A stretch of 45,700 bases of DNA, taken from positions 21,363,288-21,408,987 of the forward strand of contig NC_069000.1 of NCBI RefSeq assembly GCF_001194135.2, read 5' to 3'. The DNA is from Octopus bimaculoides (lineage: Eukaryota). Shown here piece by piece: positions 35,161 to 45,700 of the stretch; positions within the stretch are counted from its first letter, which is position 1, and each line of letters begins with the position of its first letter. The translations under genes were made by a program, and so were the position numbers. Under the pieces are notes generated by a model. It saw nothing but the letters and a program-made list of their open reading frames with translations, was not told the DNA's origin and searched no databases.

Positions 35161-37239
35161 GCACAACACCATACAACATAAATACTACATGTTTAAATAC
35201 AGTTACAATATATATATATATACACATATATATACATATATGCATGACAGAGAACAATCAAGAGATGTAGGTATGGTGAAGAAGTATTTTAGTAGCACAG
35301 CTTGGGAATAAACACTTGATTGGAAAGCAATAGCATGAGAAAAGGCAAACAAAAAAAACAACAAAAACTCACACAATACGTCTGTGGTTATGGTCACATT
35401 TATGAGGGTATCTGTAAGAGGATGGAGTTATTAAACAGATAAGAAGTGGATTGAGCAAAAAACAACCAAAAATAATCAAAATGAACAAATCAAGAGATGG
35501 TTATTAAACACAGCAAACATGAAAATTTGAACAAAAATTAATATGTATGTATGTATGCATATATATATAATCTAAACATTATTTGCTCAATTTATGAAGG
35601 TATGTGAATGATTTAGAAATATTTTTATCGGCAGTGCAGCAACAGGTATTGAACTAGTTTAAAATAAATTTGGAGTGGCTACCAAAGAATGTATATAGAT
35701 ATATATGTATGTATATATTATAGACAAGTATATATGTATGTGTGTATGTGTGCCTGTATGTGTGCCTGTATGTATGTATATACATGTGGTATTATAATGT
35801 TGTTAGTAAAATATCAAAGCAGAGAGTAAACAATAAACATGGCCCCAGAGCATGCACAATTGGATAACATTATTAACAAGAGCAGTAATGTGTCTGTGTG
35901 TGTGTGGATGGTTATGTATACATGTTATAATGTATGCAAATGGCCGCAGCAGTAGCAACAACAGTAACAACATGAGATTTGAATATCCAGATTCATTTAC
36001 ATGAAGATTTGATAGATTCAAATTAAAGCCTCATTAAAAACATCATTTCATAAAATTTATCATCATAATCCATTTAAAAACAACATTATGATTATCATCA
36101 AAACAGACATCATCATTATCATCATCAAGATCACCAGCATTGTTTTCATGCTCATATATTTTATGCATATGGATTAGATGGAAACAATTGATCCTGAATT
36201 GATAGAGCCACAATCTATTGTGTTAATTCTTATGGTAAAACATTTATTTACTAGATATTTAAATCTATAAACGCTGCATAACAGAACAGAACCACAATGA
36301 ACCAACAAAACAAAAATATATTTAAACAATAAACAATTCAACAATCAAAAAAGCAATTAGTATCTAAACATGTAAATGTAAGTTTTTTAAATTTTAATTT
36401 ATTCAGAGAAAGATGGGGTGGGGCAGTACCCATAAGTTTCACAGACCCTCCTAAAGAAAGATGTGGGAGATGAGGGAAGCACTCATAAACTTTGCAGTTT
36501 CTTTCAAATAAAGAAGTGGTGGGAGAGAGGTAATACTCATGAACTGAGCAGGTCCTCCCAGAGAAGGAGGGAGGGGCGAAGTATTAAGCATAACATGTCG
36601 TTTCAAATTGATGAGGTCAATATAGTCATTTTCAGCTCAAACCTCTCTAGGTTGATTTCTGTATGGAAAACAAGAACAGACATTTCTGAAAGAAAATTTG
36701 TGGAAAGAGTTTTTGTACAGGTTTTGTGAGTGTGAGACTCAATAGAGATGACAAGAGGAAATAAGTTTAGTGTATCAGTATCAGATAGATTTGAAGCTGG
36801 TCAGCTGCCATTGTTTCAAAATTTGCAATTGCAAAGCCTCTTCGTGAGATCAAGAATGGTTGACCGGCATGGACTGAAAAATACTAATATTACATAAACA
36901 ACTCACTGAAAAATACTAATAAAATAGACTCTTGTTAAACCATGCTCTGCTATTCCAGTTATTAGATAAACCATACAATGTTTGAATTAAAAGGGTGACT
37001 GTCAGTGTGAATTTCCCTAGCCATCTTTGAGTACCAGTGTTATAGGAGACCTATATTCTGAGTGTGCTTGTTGAATACTGTACACCACCAAAGATGGTAA
37101 ATCCTTTCTACAGGGTGTTCACAAAGTCTGGGTACATGGGGATTAACACATACTTTGAAAATTTATTATTTCTTATATTTAATTGTTTATGTTATGATTT
37201 TATTTACTCCATGTACCCAGACCTTGTGGACACCCTGTA

Positions 37240-37425
37240 CTATAGACACAAGGTTTGAAATTTTGGATGGACAGGGTAAATCGATTACATTGACCCCCAG
37301 TACTTGACTGGTACTTATTTCATTGATCCTGAAAGTATGAAAGACAAAGTCAACCTCAGTGGCATTTGAACTTAGAACTAAGCATTTTGTCCAGCAAGCT
37401 AATGATTCTACCAGCGAACTGCCTT
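37240..37425 (-). mobile_element. Nin/Deu-like SINE
   Basis: Colinear with the units at 6709-7294. Confidence 0.75.
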
Positions 37426-38239
37426 ATAATCAAAGATCATAATGGGAACTAATTTTTCTGTTCCATGTTTTAAAATATTGCAGCAGTTGTTCTGGGATAG
37501 CACTACACACCTCACAACTGAATGCATTCTGATATATAATAGGTAAATGGCAAAGTAATTGCTAAGTGACAAAAACAAAACTGAAGATGAATAACATTTT
37601 ACCAATTCACATCCTACTTTGCAGTCCTTTCATCCACTTCTCTAAGAAATAGATTTTCTTTGTAGCACTCTGCACTTCCATCTAACAAATTATCCTCCTA
37701 GCATAACTACTCTTTGAATTCATTTATCCCTCCTCTTTATGTGCTTCTATCCACACCATTGCTTCAAGGGAGAATAATAATCCAAAGAAGTATGTAGCCC
37801 TTTCTGTGAACTAGAAATAACTACAGGCTGATGCTTCAATGGTGAGCATCTATGAAATGTATGATGTTAATAAGCAAATAATTTCAGAATAACAACAAAC
37901 CCACTGTACATTCTTTGAAATAAATGTAGATGCAAATTCTAAAGCATTGTCTATTGGAGCAAGGAAGTATACAATAGTTGCAGAAGATACAAATCTTAAG
38001 GAGGTAGTGAAGTAGTAGTTTATCCATCAGTGAAGCTGTAGTAACAACACCCGTGTTATAGAAACCTGAAGTATTGTTGCCAAGATAGCAAGACATAGAG
38101 GCATATAGAAATAGGAAGTAACTGATAGGTGACTGAGGTGATTTAGAAAATGACAAGGAACAAGGAATAAAACTAACTATGATGAAGCAGGCAGCACACC
38201 ATTCAGGAAGAGGTTACATTAAGTGTGAATAGTTCCTAA

Positions 38240-39135
38240 TTCCCAAGTGTATTATGAGGATGTAACAGGGTTGTATTGATAGCAATTATCTTGAAATACC
38301 CAAACTTTTAAGAATGAAGTCACTATGTCTGGCAGTAAATTCATTACCCCTTTAACATTCAGATTAACACCAAATATAATGTTGACTTATTTACATCATA
38401 TTGCATTAATCCTGCATTATCTCATAGCTTTGAGATTTCAATGAAAAGACAAATAATATTTTTTTGTAATGACATTCTAGAGTAGGTGTGAGAGGTCAGT
38501 ACCAGCCAGTTTGAACATGAATAAGACAGGTAGAATATTTGAGCCAGATATGGTTGATTTAAAAGCTAAATAGTTAAGGGATATTTTTCAGTGTTGTATT
38601 GTGTGAAAGCAGACAGTGTGCACTTTTTGAAGTTAGTGGTGATGGAGCGGACAGCACAGCTATGCGTTTCCAAACACATAATGTACCTACTACCAGTACC
38701 TTGTTATCATTCCAAAAAATTGCGATTCAAGATGCATAATTTTAATGACTGGTTTTCCTTGCAGTTCTTTCCTGCAGTGTGTAAATAACAAAACAAAAAA
38801 AAACATACGCAGAATTTTCTGTTGATGAGATGAAGGTGTTACTAATTTTAGACAACACGCTTGATAAAATAAATTGGCATTTGCTCTTGCCATTGACGGT
38901 AACTCCATAATCTAACCAATGGATGAAGTTATAATTGTAAGAGACTATAGCAATGGAGATATTTCAATGAGGTTTGTGTGGTGATAGAAAAGGATGAGCT
39001 TAAGAATGATACACAGGGACAAATAACTCTCAGTAACATCAAAACTACAGCCTCAAGTCTGCAATACTGAATTTGGCAGCTTCATAGAAGGCAGTGAAGA
39101 CAACCAGTATAGGCAAATACTCTAAGAAAATGAGG
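38240..39135 (+). pseudogene. Highly decayed Tigger/pogo (DDE_1) transposase, interrupted by a TTAA MITE
   Basis: QVYYEDVTGLY (cf. QIYNADETGL), LPVPCYHSKK...FNDWFSLQFFPAV (cf. LPVxY..KKAWM..IFxDWF..FVPxV), KVLLILDN, PMDEVII (cf. PMDQGVI). Confidence 0.7.
38344..38577. mobile_element. TTAA MITE (older copy)
   Basis: CCCTTTAACATTCAGATT...AAAGCTAAATAGTTAA; colinear with the 10493 copy. Confidence 0.7.
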
Positions 39136-39269
39136 ACAAGCAATTACATATCTCGTGGTTGCTGTTGTTCTTTTGAGTGCTTTTCGTTTTATCAAATATG
39201 GATATGACAAATCCATTTGGTGAGTAAATAAGTTACTTTAGACAGTTGATAGTTGAAAATTCCTCAGAA

Positions 39270-39500
39270 AATATCAATGGAAGTATTTGTGAGGAGTCAT
39301 CAGTTCTGATCATTTATAAATATTGCAAAAGGTTGCAACAGAATGTTATACTTCTCTGACACAAAGATAGCATTTTCTGATGCTATTAATATAAGGGGCC
39401 ATGTGTTCTATGATGGACTGATCAATTTTTTGCAATTACTAAGATCGTCATTCTTTAAATTCCAGATACATTCAGGAAATGATGTGGTGAGGTGTCTTTC
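39270..39500 (-). pseudogene. Penelope-like element GIY-YIG endonuclease C-terminal remnant
   Basis: Minus: TTSFPECIWNLK, then SIIEHMAPYINSIRKCYLCVRE, resembling the PLE pattern TxLSKYIWxLK...WSI....PY.....CxLCxxEK; frameshifted. Confidence 0.6.
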
Positions 39501-42079
39501 TGAGTGTCTGAATATATACAAATGTAGCAAGAATTTTTTAGAAAGGAATTTTCAGTAATCCCTAAATAACATTTTCTTGCATTGTCAACTACAAGAGATA
39601 TCAGTTCAATAAACTAATGCTTCAGGAAGACTTGTCACTGAGAATTACAATTACATGCACACACATACATATAGATACTGGCATATATGCACACATATAA
39701 GCTGTCACCTGCACAAACATATATAAAGATATATGCACAAACACTTATATACACGTGCATGCACACACACACATATATCACAGTTTATCAATTTAACATC
39801 CACTTTTTTATGCTAGCATGGGTCAGATGAAATTTGTTGGTGCAGATTTCTTACAGCTAGATGCTTTCCTGTTGCCAACACTCATCTGTTTCCAAGCAAA
39901 GTAATATTTCTCTATGGCTGGACATGTTTCTTCAGAAGACTGGAAATGAGGAACACCAGTGTGATGTCAAGACAAAGGGACACAAACACACAAACACACA
40001 CACACACACATTTGCCCACCACAACAGAATGGAGATCCTAAAACCAAAGTGTCACATAAAAAGCATTGGTGGGGGTGCTGGTGCCATGTAAAAAAACACT
40101 GGTGATGGTGCTATGTAAAAGCATTATGTAAAAAGCATTAGGAACAGCATCCAGCCATAGAAACCAAGCCAAAACAGACTATGGAACCTGGTATGGCCCC
40201 TGGCCTTACCAGTTCCTGTCAAGCCATCCAACCCATGCAAGCATGGAAAACGGACAAAATATGCTGATGATGATGATGATGATTGATGATATGCACACAC
40301 AACACATGACAAGCTTCTTTCGATTTCCATCTGCCAAATCAACTCATAAGGCTTTGGTCAGCCCAGGGCTACAGTAGAAGACACTAACCCAAGGTGCCAT
40401 GCTGTGAGACTGAACCTGAAATCACATAACTGCGAAGTGAACTTCTTAACCATACAGCTATGCTTGTGCCTATCACCATCATCCACATCATCAGTTTAAT
40501 GTTCACCTTTACATGCTTTCATTTTATTCAATTCTAACAACGCTTCGGCACCCATTTCCAATAACTATTCATCCTGCATCAAATCAATGCGTCAGCTCAT
40601 GTAATACGATGTAATAACTGCTCTCTTCTTCCTTTGGTTAGTCCAAGGCTATACCAAAAGACACTTACCCAAAGTGCTATGCTGTGGGACTGAATCTGAA
40701 ATAAAATTCAGCCTATCCAGGTTTTCAACTATATACTAAATAAACAACAAATGTGAACTATATTATATATACTTCACCAAATGTTTTTCAATGTTTCTCT
40801 TATTAACAAACATTCACTGCTGTCAACTCCCTGTCCTGTCATTTCAACTGGCACCAACTATAAATTCCTTTCTACATTAAATTTGTCTAACAACTTCACT
40901 TGATGCATGCATATATCTACATAATTGATATAGCAAATACATACATCTGGATCACACACACAGTTTATACATAACAGATATGGCAGATACATTTATACAC
41001 ATACACAGTCTCATATATACAAACACAAACTTACACACACACACATACATACAGACACATATGTACACAAACACACTTTTTTTCTGCATTTCACAGCTGT
41101 TTTCTTTTTCCAATCTTATCAATGATTGGAGAGATTGCTTACATGTCTGTTTAACACCTGGCTACCCTATTTTAATGCTGACAGCTGAACCATGACCTGT
41201 AAATAATAGAGAGAGGTGGGGGGGGGGGTCATTTAGGTTAGCTGTATTGTTTAAGATAGAGGCAGTGAAGATCTCTCAGCATTCAGCTGCTGTGCTTCAT
41301 AACCTTTCTCAAAACATAATTGACTGGTATTATATAAATGCAGCTATTGAAAAAACCTAACAGATGCATTACACCAATTCAGTTGACAAAGGATAGAACA
41401 AATGAATTTATAAAAATCCCCACTTCGTAAGAACTCCATCTTTTTGTGACACCATGCCAAAGAAAAGTTTATTAAAATTCAGTTTTATTAAATTACTGAA
41501 CAAAAATTTAATTTCACCATAACGCCAGTGTTATAATGGTGGCAGCTGATGAAGGAAATGTTCTCTATGTGGTCTGTGTGTTTTCTGTACCTTGTTTATC
41601 ATTTTGTCCATGTTTTTTTGCAACGTTATGTACCCAGATATGCATCTATATATATATACATGTAGATGAAGGTATGTACATACATGTACATATATATGCA
41701 TATACTCATATATCATTTATATATATATATATATATATATATNNNNNNNNNNNNNNNNNNNNNNNNNNNNNNNNNNNNNNNNNNNNNNNNNNNNNNNNNN
41801 NNNNNNNNNNNNNNNNNNNNNNNNNNNNNNNNNNNNNNNNNNNNNNNNNNNNNNNNNNNNNNNNNNNNNNNNNNNNNNNNNNNNNNNNNNNNNNNNNNNN
41901 NNNNNNNNNNNNNNNNNNNNNNNNNNNNNNNNNNNNNNNNNNNNNNNNNNNNNNNNNNNNNNNNNNNNNNNNNNNNNNNNNNNNNNNNNNNNNNNNNNNN
42001 NNNNNNNNNNNNNNNNNNNNNNNNNNNNNNNNNNNNNNNNNNNNNNNNNNNNNNNNNNNNNNNNNNNNNNNNNNNNNNN

Positions 42080-42367
42080 TAGACACATACAATAGGAATA
42101 CAAAATACAAAATGGCTGATAGTTAGCAAGGTGAGACACACATAAGAAAGAAGGAAACAAAGGACCACTGATGAGGTCACAGAAGTGTGACGAAAGAACT
42201 CTGGCCGAAATAAGATTAAGATTAATGTAATATAAAGCTGAAGCAAATTAACACCAAATATACAGTGCGTGTGTTTTTATTGGCTAAACTGGCAATATGA
42301 CCATCCCCAAGTACAACAACATCTGTTTCAACACACGATTTCACATCAAAAATCTTGCAAAACAAAT
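42080..42367 (+). mobile_element. Hammerhead-bearing element (copy 3); 5' side lost in a gap
   Basis: Hammerhead 42165-42204; 42258-42367 is homologous to 32325-32437; ends CAAAACAAAT into (TA)n. Confidence 0.7.
42165..42204 (+). ncRNA. Minimal type-I hammerhead ribozyme with canonical core
   Basis: CCA | CUGAUGA | G | GUCACA-gaag-UGUGAC | GAA | AGAACU | C | UGG; predicted cleavage after C42201. Confidence 0.75.
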
Positions 42368-42480
42368 ATATATAGATATATATATGTATATACACACACA
42401 CATGCAAATGTTTATTTTTTATATTCAGTTATAATAAAAACAATCCGATGATTTACTCTATACTTTTGTAGAGTACAAAT

Positions 42481-42621
42481 TTATCATTCTTATACAAGTA
42501 AGCCATTGACAGTGACTTCGAAGTTTCAGCTAGCTAAGCTATTGCTGGACAGGCCAATGATTGCTTAGCTGGACAAAACTTCAAAGCCGTTGTCAACAAT
42601 ATTCTTGTATAAGAATAATAA
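42481..42621. repeat. ~140-bp imperfect palindrome (MITE-like hairpin)
   Basis: TTATCATTCTTATACAAG / CTTGTATAAGAATAATAA (17/18) and TTGACAGTGACTTCGAAGTTT / AAACTTCAAAGCCGTTGTCAA (differences are all transitions). Confidence 0.7.
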
Positions 42622-42946
42622 ATAAATAAATAAATAAATATATAAATACATGTGTGTGTGTGTGTGTGTGTGTAATGGTTACATTGGACTTACAGAAGAA
42701 AAGTATTTAAAGCTTCTTTAAGAAATATAATACAACCATTTCAATTGGTTATGTTACAAATAACTTCATAATCCTGGCCTCTAGTACAAACAAGACACCA
42801 TAATATTTAGCAGCATAATAGAAACAGATGTAATGTGATGTGTATCATAGTCTGTGAAAAAAAAAAACTGAGTAGACAATAGAGAGAAAGAGAAAAAAGG
42901 GGGAAAAGAGAGGAAAGGGGTAGAATTTAGTTACAATGCTCCATAC

Positions 42947-43363
42947 TCTCCTTTACTTGTTTCAGTCATTTGACTGCGGCCATGCTGGAGCACCGCCTTT
43001 AGTCGAGAAAATCGACCCCAGGACTTATTTTGTAAGCCTAGTACTTTGTAAGCCTAGTACTTATTCTATCGGTCTCTTTTTGCCGAACCGCTAAGTTACG
43101 GGGACGTAAACACACCAGCATCGGTTGTCAAGCGATGGTGGGGGGACAAACACAGACACACATACACATATACATATATATATATACATATATATATACA
43201 TATATACGACAGGCTTCTTTCAGTTTCTGTCTACCAAATCCACTCACAAGGCTTTGGTCGGCCCAAAAGGCTATAGTAGAAGACACTTGCCCAGTGTGCC
43301 ACGCAGTGGGACTGAATCCGGAACCATGTAGCTGGTAAGCAAGCTACTTACCACTTTTGCGCC
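42947..43363 (-). mobile_element. Full-length young CORE-like SINE with a 16-bp internal tandem duplication
   Basis: Near-colinear with 1265-1647; TGTAAGCCTAGTACTT is duplicated at 43031-43046 and 43047-43062. Confidence 0.85.
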
Positions 43364-44324
43364 ATATGGTGCACAAGTTTTTTTTTTGTGTATGTTTGTT
43401 GTCAAACCACATTTGAAAAAAATGTAAAATTACAAACTTCCTTTCATTTCACAAAAGATATTAATAATGAAAGGCATTATCTTTTTATTATTCATCTTTC
43501 ACTTGTTTTATTCATTACTGTAGCCAAGCTGTAGTACTGCCTTGAAGGGTGTAGTCAAACAAATTGACCCCAGTACTTATTTTTAAAACCTGGTACTTAG
43601 TTTATCAGTCTCTTTTTACTGAACCACTAAATTACAGGGGAATGTAAACAATCCAACACCAGTTGTCAAGTGGTAGTATGGAACAAACACAAACACACAC
43701 ACACGAAGAACTGTCATTGTAAGCATATTGTGGTGAATAAGGATCAGGACTTCTAAAGAAAGTTTCCAGAGATAGATTTTCCAGGAGGCTTTATCATTCA
43801 TCTGGTTAACACAATAGAATCTGGAGTTAAACCACCAGCTTTAAAGAAGGCTTATATGACAGGATTTACTTTAAAATTCCAAATTCTCAAAATGCCACAA
43901 ACCCGCTCATAATTTACTTACACTCACTTTGAATAACAAATTTACATTGCAGGCAGACAGAAAAATTATGTTATTAACTGTTTGTTATCCAACCTCTGTA
44001 CATACACCTATGCAAATATACTTCTGGTACATATCTTGTACAACTAACCTGTTTATGTGTGCATACACAAGTCGTTGTTGCCGTCATCATTACCATTGAT
44101 GTCAGCATTATATTCACCACTGAAGTAGTGGTTGTCATTGTCATTGTAATCATCATCATCATCAATATTCATCGTCCATTTTCCATGTTGATATGGGTTG
44201 AACTACTGGTATGGTTTATGTGTATTTATTTTACAGTCAGAAGATCTCAAATTTGACTATATTTGGCCAAGTGTCTTCTATCATAACTTTCATCCAACCC
44301 ATGGCTTGTGTGTGAAATGTAGTA

Positions 44325-44672
44325 TTCAGTGATAACACCCTCCACTCCAGACTTTCCTTCATCTGCTCATTTCAGATGTGATCTCTCAAGGAGATTCCCA
44401 GTATTGACTTTACCATGGCTCTTTGCACCATTATTAACCACTGTTCTTCCCTCTTACTCATCACCCATGTTTCACTTGCATAGAAAATTACAGGTAGAGT
44501 CATGCTGTTGAAGAGATTTGCATGCAAGTGGCTGAGTTGAATGCTCAGTTGAATGCTCTCCAGCCTGATCTAATTCTCCATAAAATCTCATTATTCATGT
44601 TGTATCCCACAGTTATAGCTTCACTGAGATACACATAATTTTCCACCTCCTCGACTTCGTTACTCCCGTCCA
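44325..44672 (-). pseudogene. RTE-clade RT C-terminal remnant (a different RTE family)
   Basis: VEEVENYVYLSEAI...EILWRIRSGWRAF, then NLFNSMTLPVIFYASETW...QRAMVKSILGISLRDHI. Confidence 0.85.
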
Positions 44673-45700
44673 CAACTTGACTGGATGCCGCACCAGGCTC
44701 CATTGACTGTTCTGGCATGGTTTCTAAGGCTGGACACCAAGACCAGTACATTTTACATGGCACCAGCACCAGAGATTTTTATATGGCCCCATGACTCATG
44801 CTTTTTATGTGGTATCATCATGAGTGTTTTTTATGTGGCACCACACACATATATATATATATATATATAAATAACAAAACAGGAAGCTGAAAATTTTGGA
44901 GGTATTATTTATTCATCATTTACCAATAGAAATCACAAAATTGTACATTGGATAAACATGTAAGAAATTCTTCAGACAGAGAATCAAATATTATTATTTC
45001 TAATAATAGTATTAGTTCTTCTTGATAATTACTTCTAATAATCTCTCATAGAAAATTTCTTACATGTTTATCCAACATTTACAATTTTGTGACTCCTATT
45101 AGCAAATGAAATATGTAATGGTGAATAAATAATATCAAAGTATTTTCCAGCTTTCTGTTTTGTTATATAATAACTCTACAAACAATATTCCCAGAATTTT
45201 CAACTCTAATATGTACCTAACATCAATACAACAATGACAACAACTACATACTGAATTGTAATATTAGAATAAGGAAATGTGTAATACCAGAATAAGGAAA
45301 TGAATTTTCCCTGTATTGTGGCGTTATTATTTTTCTGTAATAATGCCCTTTATCTTAATATATAAATCTGAAATTGTGTGTTTGTGTGAAGCCTTTTTGA
45401 ATGTTTATAGAAATCCACATTTTCCACTTTTTCGTAAAAATTTTTACATCAATGGAATTTTCTCGATGTGAACTTTCCAGTGCAGTAATTAGATTTTTAA
45501 AATTCCGTTTACTTTGTGTGATTTAAGGGAGATTTGGCTGTTGTTTCTAGCAACTTTTATATTTCATCCCTTCTACCTGGAACGCCATTCTTACACACGC
45601 GCTCAACATAAAAATATAGAGAGTAAGAGTTAAAGAGGGAGAGGGAGAGAGAGTGATACATACAATGTCATAGATTAAACTTTCGTCTCAGTGTTCTTTA

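Noticed and set aside
41540-41575. CAGCTGATGAAGG hammerhead-like half core
   Set aside because: No stem II closure and no downstream GAAA; at most a remnant of another PLE-type repeat.
1-45700. CRISPR arrays, prokaryotic operons, rRNA
   Set aside because: No regularly spaced repeat-spacer arrays, no dense ORFs and no rRNA-like sequence; the DNA is eukaryotic and repeat-rich.

Overview
AT-rich, microsatellite-saturated eukaryotic non-coding DNA with 8 assembly gaps (N-runs). The repeat repertoire looks like a coleoid cephalopod, probably Octopus; this is inferred from recognised repeats, not from a database search. No host protein-coding gene can be called with confidence, so the window reads as a large intron or an intergenic region. 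Explained content: several tRNA-derived SINE families (CORE-like, Nin/Deu-like, V-like); non-LTR retrotransposon remnants (RTE, R4/Dong, CR1/Jockey-group, Penelope GIY-YIG); DNA transposons (a TIR-to-TIR Tc1 element with DD36E spacing, plus mariner, Tigger/pogo and hAT remnants); a Helitron helicase; and TTAA, TA and hAT MITE families. The most interesting unexplained structure is a family of three short elements (2812-3133, 32025-32439, 42080-42367). Each carries a minimal type-I hammerhead ribozyme about 100-135 nt upstream of a shared ~41-nt 3' motif, and two are fold-back insertions. One hammerhead has a U3-A8 core instead of C3-G8, which a CUGANGA search would miss. These look like Penelope-mobilised, retrozyme-like elements. 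No ribozyme activity has been shown here.
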